From Octopus vulgaris (lineage: Eukaryota): a stretch of 64,000 nucleotides of DNA. A program made the translations under genes and the position numbers. A model generated the notes under the pieces. The model saw nothing but the letters and a program-made list of their open reading frames with translations, did not search any database and was not told where the DNA came from. The stretch is taken from NCBI GenBank assembly GCA_951406725.2, contig OX597814.1, positions 222,394,001-222,458,000 on the forward strand, written 5' to 3'. Shown here in pieces: positions 25,655 to 37,359 of the stretch. Each line of letters opens with the position of its first letter. Positions within the stretch are counted from its first letter, which is position 1.

Positions 25655-26022
25655 CCTTTCTACTATAGGCAGAAGGCATGGAATTTTGGGGGAAGTGCCC
25701 AGACGCAACTGGTACTTAATTTATCGACCCTGTAATAATGGAAGTTAAAGTTTACCTTGAAGGAATTTGAACTCAGGACGCTGCGACGGGCGAAATATTG
25801 CTAAGCATTTCGTCCAGCGCGCTTACGATTCTGCCAGCTCGCCACATTCATAGTAATAACAATAAGCTTTTGTACTATAGACACAAGGACTGAAATTTGG
25901 GGGAGGGTTTAAATCGATTACATCAACACCGGTAGCCGACTGATACTTAATTTAACGACCTCGAATGGATGATGAAAGGCAAAGTCGACCTCGGTGGAAT
26001 TTGAACTCAGGACTTAAAGACA
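25208..26022 (-). mobile_element. Cluster of four SINE A units in (TAA)n tracts, including a tail-2/body dimer
   Basis: Repeated reverse-complement cores. Junction cgaaatacctgtttctttattacc at ~25365-25388. Confidence 0.88.
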
Positions 26023-26145
26023 ACTGACATTTATATATTTAGTTATCACAAGGACCCGTTATTTTACAAAACTTGTGGCAAAATGGAATACACATTTATA
26101 TAGATATTTTAAACCGACGGCTAGGAGAAGGACTTCATACAATAT

Positions 26146-26536
<391 letters not shown>

Positions 26537-26586
26537 ATATATATATATATAATATTTGTATTCTTAGAGATATTTTCTACACTTGG

Positions 26587-26824
26587 AATATTAGAAATTT
26601 CATTTAAGTTCTCTTTTTAACTTGGTAACTTATCTAAAACGTGAAATGTTTTGTTCGAAATATCATCTCTAACACTGTACATTTTTGTAGATTTTTACAG
26701 CAGTAAAGATAGGTTTCTGAACCAGTCTTCAGAAAAACTTTTAGTATTATATAAACATTTCACATTTCACATTTTAGATAAGTTACCAAGTTAAAAAGAG
26801 AACTTAAATGAAATTTCTAATATT
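26587..26824. repeat. Near-perfect inverted duplication (~63-bp arms, ~112-bp spacer)
   Basis: 26587-26649 is the reverse complement of 26762-26824 with one mismatch. Confidence 0.92.
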
Positions 26825-27840
26825 TCAGCAAATAGATCAAGCTGTGTTGCTAACATAAATGCATATTATCCGAAAAGAACTTTCAAACAACTTATGAAAG
26901 CAATTGACAGGGAGAATATACACACAGTTAAATACTCTACAAAGAATTTCAATATAATGGATGCTACAGATAACATTGTTGAGTTATGAGTTGAAGTGAA
27001 GCCCTCAATTTAGAGTTGTTTCGAAAAATTATATATTGAAAATTTTCCAGAAGCAGAATGTATATTTGAAATTAGAAAAGATATTGCGACACTTGCAAAT
27101 GATGTACGGCTTGAAGAAGCCATAGGCGATGATGTGGTTGAGTGTCTAGTGTACAACAGACGATGTTTATCTACCGAGGATTCGATTCTGTCAGTACGAG
27201 AACAAGCTGAAAATGCAGATGGATATATGGAAATTCCACTATCTCAACTTAAACTATCTGCGGAAGAATAGCGGTAAAATTTAACTCTGAAATGGGTAGG
27301 TCTGCGATTTTTGTGAATGTAGGATAAACGATAATAAATATATAAATATATAAACATATTACAATGCCAGCTCACTTCCTACATCAAGCTGTACAAAGCA
27401 GTGATGCACAGTATACATTAAGCAACTTTGGATAAGTTCTCCTTGGAAACAGATTCTGATAATGATGAACCATAATAAAGAAGATGATGTCCCACACTGT
27501 TATTTTCATTCTACCATTGTTTCGCACAGTAGCCAACATCTTTTGCGGTACGAACATGTCCTATTACGTTCTTAACATAACCTAATGTTTCTACTTGTGA
27601 AATAATTTTTCTGCACACATATTACACTGTGTATATTTAGAAGTATTTTCATTGATAAACGTGATCATGCTGCTTGTACATTTAACTTTGACGATATTAT
27701 TAGTTACTTCTGCAAACTTTTTCGGAACACACCGGCTTTATAAGATGAAAATCTATAAGAAAATCGATTTGCATAATGTGATGTCTCGTTACGACAAAAT
27801 TTCAACGAACGCATTTCGTTTGTAAAAGGAAAAATCCATT
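26700..27840 (+). mobile_element. Decayed Tigger/pogo (Tc1/mariner superfamily) DNA transposon
   Basis: ILDKLPS*KENLNEIS (cf. LLDNAPSH); QQIDQAV..AYYPKRTFKQLMKAID (cf. QPMDQGVI..KAYY); KNFNIMDATDNIVEL*VEVKPS (cf. FNIxDAI..W.EV). Confidence 0.75.
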
Positions 27841-27864
27841 ATATATATATATATAAAAAGACCC

Positions 27865-28167
27865 CACCCCATGTCCATGAATGGCCATGGGATTGCACCT
27901 CGAAAGTTTCCCTCCGAGGCACTAGCCTCTTATGGAAGACCAGCAGTCGCCCATGCATACCAATCTTCCTTCTCCACGCCACCGATGTTATCCAAGGAAC
28001 AGACAAAGGCAAAGGCACCAGTGACGCCGCAACCCGCATCTACAGATGAGTGAACTGGAGCAAAGTGAGATAAAGAGTTTGCTCAAGAACACAACACACA
28101 GTCTAGTCCAGGAATCGAACTCCCTACCTCATGATTGTGAGCCTGGCGCTCTAACCACTGAGACATG
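27865..28167 (-). mobile_element. tRNA-derived SINE family D
   Basis: Minus-strand head ctcagtggttagagcgcc..gagttcgattcctggac followed by tgtgttcttgagcaa. A related fragment lies at ~51400-51570. Confidence 0.75.
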
Positions 28168-29104
28168 TACCTTCCCCCCCACACACACACATATACACAT
28201 ACATATGGGAGAGAGATAGATAGATATTCAGTCTAGCTACATACACACATACATACACACATACATACATACATACATACATACATACATACATACATAC
28301 ATACATACATACATACATACATACATACATACATACCTGTAGAAGGAACATCGTTTGCCCGACATCTTAGATATTCACTGTTTCGCTTTGGTAGCAAATA
28401 AGTTTTTGTATTTAGTTCATTTTCTTTCTTCATACACCAAGATAAAAATTGATAAAGACTGAATGAAACACTTATTATTTTAATAACTACATGAGAATGC
28501 GGAGTCTGTTAAAGAATATTACATAAACTATCTCCTTGCAGATGCTGACTTTTTACCTCAGTCTCAAATGTGATCTATTTGAATGTTTCATTTCCTTATC
28601 TCTGAAAATGTTTGGATTAGTTTCGACTGTTAAATAGAAATACTTGTCCAATAATATTTTCTTTTAACACAAGGGAATAGTAAAAGTTGGAAACTGTCTT
28701 TTTCATTCCAATCCTTATCGCAATCGACTGATATCAGCGACGAGGAAACCAAAGGGCAAACACATGATGTAATAATTTTAAGTGGAATATCAAAATTGAA
28801 AAGTTGAATAATATCTAACATTAAAAAAATATATATACACCATTTAAATAACTCATGGGAAAAGAAGAAACGTTATCCTTTCAATATTTCATTTTCTATT
28901 TCGAAATTAATTAAGAATTGCGAGAAGTCAGTCGTTTACATTCAGTTTGGCTTACATAACATATTTCTCTATTCTTCTGTATAAATAAACTAATGTGATC
29001 GCATATATAGATATATAAGGTGTCAACCGATGGTGGTTGTGGTGGTGGTGGTGGTGGTGGTGGGGGTGGTGGTGATGGGCGACATACACAGACACACATA
29101 TACA

Positions 29105-29184
<80 letters not shown>

Positions 29185-29342
29185 GCAAGATTTTTTATGT
29201 GAAATCGTGTGTTGAAACAGATATTGTTATATTTCAGAATGGTCCTTTTGCCAGTTTAGCCAATAAAAACACATGCACTATATATTTGGTGTTATTTTGC
29301 TTCAGTGTTATTTATTTTTTACATTAATTTTAATCTTATTTC

Positions 29343-29387
29343 GGCCAGAGTTTTTTCGTCACACTCCTGTGACCGCATCAGTGGTCC
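29343..29387 (-). ncRNA. Minimal type I hammerhead-ribozyme-like motif (PLE type), left arm
   Basis: GGACCA-CUGAUGC-G-GUCACA[GGAG]UGUGAC-GAAA-AAAC-UC-UGGCC: helix I CCA/UGG, 6-bp helix II, GAAA, 4-nt helix III stub, UC site. A9 is C. Confidence 0.6.
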
Positions 29388-29498
29388 TTTGTTTTCTTCT
29401 TTCTTATTTGTGTCTCTCCTTACTAACCGTCAGCCATTTTATATTTCTATTGGCTGACGGTTAGTAAGGATATACACAAATAAGAAAGAAAAAACAAA

Positions 29499-29543
29499 GG
29501 ACAACTGATGCGGTCACAGGAGTGTGACGAAAGAACTCTGGCC
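29499..29543 (+). ncRNA. Minimal type I hammerhead-ribozyme-like motif (PLE type), right arm
   Basis: GGACAA-CUGAUGC-G-GUCACA[GGAG]UGUGAC-GAAA-GAAC-UC-UGGCC. Confidence 0.6.
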
Positions 29544-29657
29544 GAAATAAGATTAAAATTAATGTAAAAAATAAATAACACTGAAGCAAAATAACACCAA
29601 ATATATAGTGCGTGTGTTTTTATTGGCTAAACTGGCAAAAGGACCATTCTGAAATAT

Positions 29658-29688
<31 letters not shown>

Positions 29689-29747
29689 CGTATGTATATG
29701 TGTGTCTGTGTATGTGCCCCATCACCACCACCACCATCGGTTAACAA

Positions 29748-29852
<105 letters not shown>

Positions 29853-30169
29853 AACCGATGGTGGTGGTGGTGATGGGGCACATACACAGACACACATTAA
29901 CATACGTATATATATATATATATATATATTGTTATATTTCGGAATGGTCATTTTGCCAGTTTAGCCAATAAAAACACACGCACTATATATTTGGTGTTAT
30001 ATATATGTAAATGTAATGTGACAATTATTTGGTAGCCATGATAAAACTCCAAATCCACGCCGCCATTTCTTCAGTTATCCGGTCATCGAAAAAAATTCAT
30101 CTATTTGCATAATATCGAGGTCTTTTTCATTCTTTGTTATCTTACCATTTCTATCAATATATATATATA

Positions 30170-30332
30170 CGACGGTCTTTTTTCAGATTCCGTCTATCAA
30201 ATTGACTCACAAGGTTTTGGTCGACCCGTGGCTATAGTAGATGGCATTTGTCCAATGTGCTACGCAGTGGGAGTGATCGGGAACCATTTAGTTGGGATGC
30301 AAGGTTCTTACCACATGGCCACTCCTGCGCCT
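30170..30332 (-). mobile_element. SINE family C 5' fragment, diverged
   Basis: gacggtc..ttcagattccgtctatcaaattgactcacaagg..taccacatggccactcctgcgcc. Confidence 0.7.
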
Positions 30333-30344
30333 ATATATATTATG

Positions 30345-30900
30345 TCTTTATTGCCCACGGGAGGGGGCTAAACATAGAGGAGACAAACAAGGACAGACAA
30401 ACGGATTAAGTCGATTACATCGGCCTCAGTGGGTAAATGGTACTTATTTAATCGACCCCGAAAGAATATAATGGCAGACGCAATACCTATTTCTTTACTA
30501 CCCACAAGGGGCTAAACACAGAGGGGACAAACAAGTACAAACAAACGGATTAGTCGATTATATCGACCCCAGTGTGTAACTGGTACTTATTTAATCGACC
30601 CCGAAAGGATGAAAGGCAAAGTCGACCTCGGCGGAATTTGAACTCAGAACGTAGCGGCCGATGAAATACCTATTTCTTTATAACCCACAAGGGGCTAAAT
30701 CCAGAAGGGACAAACACAGACAGACAAATGGATTAAGTCAATTATATCGATCCCAGTGCGTAACTGGTACTTATTTAATCGACCCCGAAAGGATGAAAGG
30801 CAAAGTCGAGCTCGGCGGAATTTGAACTCAGAACGTAACGGCAGTCGAAATACCGCTAAACATTTCGCCCGGCGTGCTAACGATTCTGCCAGCTCGCCAC
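30345..30900 (-). mobile_element. SINE A head followed by three body+tail-2 units (concatemer)
   Basis: Junctions aatacctatttcttta at ~30482 and ~30665. A single head ends at ~30898. Confidence 0.92.
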
Positions 30901-31269
30901 CATCTTTGCAAATATGTATTTTTCTAAAGGATAGTTTTGCAAGTATGATATTGCAAAAAGTATGTTTTCAGATAAATTTCTGAAAACCATTCACCGCCAC
31001 CGCAAGGTATCGTGTAGACACTGTTCAATCTTGAAATGCTGTGCTAATCTGCTATGGACTCTCAAGAAAAGAAGACATGCACCAGCGTTATGTATTGTGT
31101 GTGCTCTTTGTTAACCGTGTATACTCCACGGAAAATTGAGATTCATACATTTATGACAACATATTTACCGTTTCAGTATAACGTAATAAAATCGAATTTC
31201 ACATTTATATTCAGGATGAAATTTGCAAACCTTGCATCTTTTTATCTCTTCTTTGTTCTTCTCCCCCCC

Positions 31270-31319
<50 letters not shown>

Positions 31320-31370
31320 CTCCTTTTTTTCTTCTCTATCACCACATATTCTGCAGTTACTTGTATATCG

Positions 31371-31425
31371 TCTTCTTCTTCTTCTTCTTCTTCTTCTTCT
31401 TCTTCTTCTTCTTCTTCTTCTTCTT

Positions 31426-31494
<69 letters not shown>
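31371..31494. repeat. (CTT)n-(TAT)n microsatellite
   Basis: Directly visible. Confidence 0.96.
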
Positions 31495-31808
31495 GCAGCG
31501 AGCTGCCTGAATCGTTGGTACTCTGGACAAAATGCTTAGTGGTATTTCACACGTCGCTACGTTCTGGATTCAAATACCGCCGACGTTGACTTTGCCTTTC
31601 ATCCTTTCGAATTCGATAAATTAAGTACCAGTTGAGTCCTGGGGGTCGATGTAATCGACTTACCTCCTCCACCAATTCCAGTCCTTATGCATATAGTTGA
31701 AAGGTTTATTATTATTGCACTGGGGTCGTTGTAATCGAATTAATCCATTTGTCTCTCTATGTTTGTACCCTCTTTGTTTAACCCCTTGTGGGCAATAAAG
31801 AAAGAAAT
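31495..31808 (+). mobile_element. SINE A with tail 1 followed by a tail-2 segment
   Basis: Head and core, tail 1, then gcactggggtcg..accccttgtgggcaataaagaaa. Confidence 0.8.
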
Positions 31809-33021
31809 TATCATTATCATTGCTGTTATTGTTGTTGTTGTTATTATTATCATTATTGTTGTTAGTAGTAGTAGTAGTAGCTGTAGTAATTTCTTTTTAT
31901 GTCTGTAACTTATGTTTACGTAAGAATATTTCTAGGCGCACAGAGTGTTATTTATAATGCCTGCTCCTTGGTATAGACACATCTAGCCATATGTATTTAT
32001 TCTAATTTATTGTGTGTGTTTTTTTCTCTCCAACTTTGTATATGCATAAATCTGAACAAGAACGCCAGAACTCATTATTCACAATACTCTCATCAAAGAC
32101 CATTTCTTTACAATTTTTATCAGCTGTGTTCTCATTTTTCATTTACGAATGATGTTATTATTTTCTTCGTTTAATTTATTTCAATCTAGTAAATGCCTCT
32201 AGAGTGCTAACATCATTATTATAAAATATCACATGTACCCTGAGACGTATTATTCTTTTACAGCTATAATTTCTGACCAATACCATAAAGGGTGTCAGCA
32301 GCAACTTTGATATTATTGTAGCGCCAAAATTTCCTTTGGCTTTTGTTCCAGAGTAGATAAATCAATGTCACGTTCTGAATGCATTATGGAAATACAATTT
32401 AGTTCTTAGTTTCTTAGTTGACAACCAGAAAAAATTATCTCTTCATCTCGGGAACCCTATAGTGTATAATTCATTGCCTTATATTTCGAGTTGGTGCATA
32501 AGATCAATTGTAAACTGAAACAAATGTGTTTCATATGATTGTTAATAGTGTGACAGGTTTTCTTTTTCTTACGAAGTTTTTCATGTCTAATAATATGTTA
32601 TTTGTTTCCGACTTTCACGCTTTAAATCAATCGAACGAAATACTCTCCAGTTCATTTGATGATGTAAAGCCACAGCAGCGATACTTTTGCATGTTATGTA
32701 TAATTGGCCTTAACTTGTAAATACTATTAAAAAAAAAATTATCTCCTGTTTTACACTTAAATCCATGATTTCGCGTCACCATCCTCAACGCTGTTAGCTG
32801 ATATACCAATCATTTTACAGAGACTTCTGTTCTGTCGCTCTGAAGTCTTGCATTACCAATATATTTTACTTCTATACACCTGTGTTGACTCCACTTCTAC
32901 TAAGAAATATTGAATTTTCTCCCATGCAAAAAGTTGAATTATCTTTGAAATTAATTTTTTATCTTTTTACACTTATCTATCCGTTAGAATGAGGCTCACT
33001 AACAATCATCACAAACATTTT

Positions 33022-33797
33022 GTTTCGTAAGTTCGTAGAACGAACCGACCTCGTCAGGCATCTAAAGAAGGATGAAGAGATGAGACAAATTTAAGGTGGT
33101 GCCTCGGTGTTATTCCTTTATTAGTCAACAGAGTTCACGCGGTGATATTTGTATGAAAGCTACATAATACCGCATTTCTTGAGTATCAGGTATACACAGC
33201 TATCCCCTCACGGTCTGATGGAATTACAAGGTACAACACGAGCACGATAGCCGATGATTTCAAGAGACGGTATACACAGCTTTTATGCATTCCTTCAAGT
33301 GTAAGACCTCTACAACTCTTTGTTCCACTTCACCTGGAGACTCTATGAACGTCAGAACGACTGATACCCCACGCCGCCTTACTCACCCAGAACTCGCAAT
33401 TTCTAACTCTACCTACTCGAGAAACCACTTCAAAAACCTCCACTATCTATCAGCGGGAATATACATTCGTACATTCCTATTTTTTCCCACTGGCAAGCCG
33501 TTCGCCAAAATTTTAATTCAGAATTCCAAATTTACTGTCGCTAATATTTTTTAATTCTCTTAAATGTAATGAACTGATGTCGCTAAATACACCATACCGC
33601 ATCTGTCAGACATCACCCACAATGATCCTGTCGGAGTACCTTGCCCTGATAATAAAGTAGAGAACTGGTGTCGCTTTCAGAATAATGACACCCTGTGACC
33701 TGAGTTGACCGATACAAGCCTAACATCTACAAGCCATCTACTCTTGAATCCTCTTGAATCCTGATGAGAAAATTTCGTTCTACGAACTCACGTAACG
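33022..33797. mobile_element. Element bounded by ~37-bp imperfect inverted repeats with hammerhead-like cores; probable PLE relic
   Basis: Left end, minus strand: cCTGACGAggtcggttcgttctacgaacttacGAAAc. Right end, plus strand: cCTGATGAgaaaatttcgttctacgaactcacGTAAc. Confidence 0.55.
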
Positions 33798-33845
33798 TTA
33801 ATTTGCATGGAGCTTAGTGAAACTTTTATTTATATATGTTAACTG

Positions 33846-34022
33846 TCATTCCGTCGGTTACGACACCGAGGGTTCCCAGTTGATCCGATCAACAGAACAG
33901 CTTGCTTGTGATATTTACAGTCCAAGAGGCTGAAGAAGTCCACAGAAGCGTGTACCCTTAACGTAGTTCTGAGGGAGATTCAGTGTGACACAAAATGTGA
34001 CAAGACTGGCTCCTTGAAATTA
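33846..34022 (-). mobile_element. SINE family E 3' fragment
   Basis: Reverse complement of ~5405-5580. Confidence 0.7.
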
Positions 34023-34042
34023 CTTTTGTTTGCGCTCTCATT

Positions 34043-34074
<32 letters not shown>

Positions 34075-34109
34075 TAGATAGATATATATGTACCGCATTT
34101 CTTGTGTGC

Positions 34110-34141
<32 letters not shown>

Positions 34142-34204
34142 GTGTTTACGCATGCATTTATACGTACTTACGCATACACTCGTATATATGTACACGCACA
34201 CATG

Positions 34205-34274
<70 letters not shown>

Positions 34275-34846
34275 GTATAAATACCTATGAAACTGTGCCA
34301 GCGTTTAAATGAATTTCCTAAGCACACTTTAAGTTTTAGAAGGAATTGCGTAAACTATTCCAGGCAAGTGTGAATTCAAGTATTTTGCGACCGAGTTTTG
34401 TCTTTCATGCACATTACCAAAATATTATCGAGTTATTTCAACGTAATTTCATAAAATAATAAATAAAAACTATCATCAGATTGCAGTTTAATATTTCTAT
34501 ATTGATGCTCGATTTAGAATTAGAAATAGGAACAGAAGAAAATAAACAACATATGACGAAATAAAATATGGGGAAATAATGCCAAAAGGACATGGAAATT
34601 ATTCTATTAAACAAAAATAACCATGTGAATAGATACATGCGCTTTTATTGATTTATTGATAATGGGATATAAAATAATCGACGGATAAAATTATTTTCAG
34701 TAAGTCTATTAGAATTTCTGAACATCACCTTGTTCTTTTGTGTATAACAGGAAGAGGAATATATGCCTGCCAGCCATTTGTTTGAATGTAAATTATTTGG
34801 ATGCAGAGAATAAATGTATCTACTCTAGAATTGAGAGTTACTACTC

Positions 34847-34899
<53 letters not shown>

Positions 34900-34954
34900 A
34901 TTGGCACAATGCCTTATACTGTTTGAGGAAGGAAAATTACGTGATCGCGTTTGA

Positions 34955-34998
<44 letters not shown>

Positions 34999-35449
34999 TT
35001 GCATTGCATCTTACATCTCCTTGCATATTTCGCTAATAATAAATACTACTGTATTTATAGTGAAGAAATGATTGAATAATCGATTAATAGCTAATAAAAG
35101 AGAATGTACACATATAAATATTTATATATGGTTAATGAAATAGAAATATGTAGTATAAGAATGTGCATCATAATTAGTAGGTTAGTAATTGACTGTCGAA
35201 CTGAACTGACCAATGGAGGCCTATATTCTCTTACATAGAAGACGTTTTACAATTATTGTAAAATCTTACTACTCAGTCTCCGAGTATCTGATGGTGTGGA
35301 TGTGTACTGTAACTAGATTAAGTGATATATATTAAACTATGTAATGTAGAGTCGCGTCAAAATATGGCATACATATAATCACAACTAAATATACTGAATA
35401 CTATTTTCTTCTGCTTGTGCCCTCAAGGATGAATGGAGGAATAAATGGA

Positions 35450-35780
<331 letters not shown>

Positions 35781-36254
35781 TGTGTCGCAGAATTGGTTAG
35801 AATCTATGTGTTTTCAAAGTGTAGAAGGCCGGGAAAGTTGGGGTACTGACATGACATCAACAATACTCTTGTATTCCTTTACTCTTTCTTACTTTCTTAT
35901 TCTTGTATTACAGAACCGTCTGCCTTAATCCTAGCTAAGGACATAAAATAATTGAGGTAGTGATTTGAGAATTTTAATACATTGAAATTTGCCCCTATGT
36001 GATGTGCAAGCAGACTTATAAATTTTGCACTTACTCTCATAACCTTACTTGTCTCGGTGAGCTGGTCAACTTAAATTCTCTATCTGCCTGTATGTTTAGA
36101 AACAACTGAAGCCAGCAGATTTGATTCATGATACAAACTAAATATTCGCCCATAAAATGGTGCTGAATATAAAACTCCAACTGTGTTCTCACAACATAAA
36201 TGACGTCGGGAGCCTAAACTATGCTTATTCTTATATATATATATATATATATAG

Positions 36255-36388
36255 GGTCAGGAGTGGATGTGTGGTAAGTAGCTTGCTTACCAACCACAAG
36301 GTTCCGGGTTCAGTACCACGACGTATAGTATCTTCTACTATAGCCTCGGGCCGACCAAAGCCTTGTGAGTGGATTTGGTAGACGGAAC
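36255..36388 (+). mobile_element. SINE family C 5' part, truncated by the downstream LINE-derived patchwork
   Basis: gtgtggtaagtagcttgcttacc..ggttccgggttcagt..ggatttggtagacggaa. Confidence 0.8.
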
Positions 36389-36398
36389 CCAACCAAAT

Positions 36399-36768
36399 TC
36401 ACAGAAATGTCAATGTAAAACGGGAAAACAGATTAGGTTTATCCGTGAAAAGAAAAGCCTACGGAAACACCACGGTAACCTTGGGTAAGAATGTCATACA
36501 AAAAGCACATTACAGTAAATGTCTCTCTTTTTCCTTTCTGTTTTTCGTTCATAGGATCATGCTCAAGTTGGCTTCGTCATTCATACGTGCCATCCTTGCT
36601 ACATTCACCCATCTTTTTTAAAACATTCGCTAGACAAAACTTGCCTCTTTACTCTCACTTTCCTCTTCAAGTGATACTTGAAGAAGTTGATGACAGGTTG
36701 ACCAGAGAGGAAAGTGTTTGTCTCCAATCCTTTCAGATGCGTCCACCAGATACATTCTTTCGCCATAG
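36399..36768 (-). mobile_element. 3' fragment (ORF2 end plus part of 3' UTR) of the Tx1-like LINE at 48075-49350
   Basis: Encodes MAKECIWWTHLKGLETNTFLSGQPVINFFKYHLKRKVRVKRQVLSSECFKK, nearly identical to the end of ORF 48092-48973. The UTR matches ~49055-49145. Confidence 0.92.
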
Positions 36769-37142
36769 TTGGTGGTGGTCGTGGCAGAGTTGTCCGAAGT
36801 AGTCGTTGACTGTGAAGTTGTCGTCTGGGTTCTTCCAATTCTTCGTGTGTCGGCATCCATGCTCGCACGTGCACCTGTCTCGCTCCTCCCCTTCTTTCCC
36901 TCCCTCGTGAAGCAGTGGGGGAAGGGGAGGGTAGAAGAGAAATCAACGTCGTAAGCGTTGCCAAGGAGACCACCGTTCTTCTCGAAGAACGACTTCATGG
37001 CTTTGAAGTCGCCATGCTCAAAGCAGAAAATGGCTAGGAAAGCCGAAGACGAATTTACAAAATGGGGAAACAGGCCACACAAAGGCAGGTTTATCGTGCA
37101 AAGAATTTGCGCAACTGAATGTATTTATTAGTTGTTGCACAA
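36769..37142 (-). mobile_element. Probable 5' UTR and ORF1 start of the same LINE, fused directly to its 3' end
   Basis: Minus strand has an Inr-like cattcagttg and reads MDADTRRIGRTQTTTSQSTTTSDNSATTTT. Duplicated at 39545-39914. Assignment to ORF1 is an inference. Confidence 0.6.
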
Positions 37143-37283
37143 TAGACGTCATTGATTAGTTGAAATTGCAGAAGAAAAAAGCAGCAAATATCTTAGAAAC
37201 TCTAGAATTTTCTGAATAAAGCCAAGAGAAAAAAATGTTTTATTTTCACAGATTCTACAAGAATACGAAGTTTAGACATTTTT
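37139..37283 (-). mobile_element. Internal fragment of the telomeric-repeat MITE
   Basis: aatagacgtcattgattagttgaaattgcagaa..aataaagccaagagaaaa is the reverse complement of MITE internal sequence (~23805-23948). Confidence 0.85.
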
Positions 37284-37359
37284 GGGAGAAGAACGGTGGT
37301 CTCCTTGACAACGCTTCACAGGTGCATGTGTGAGCCTGGACGCCGACACACGGAAAATT

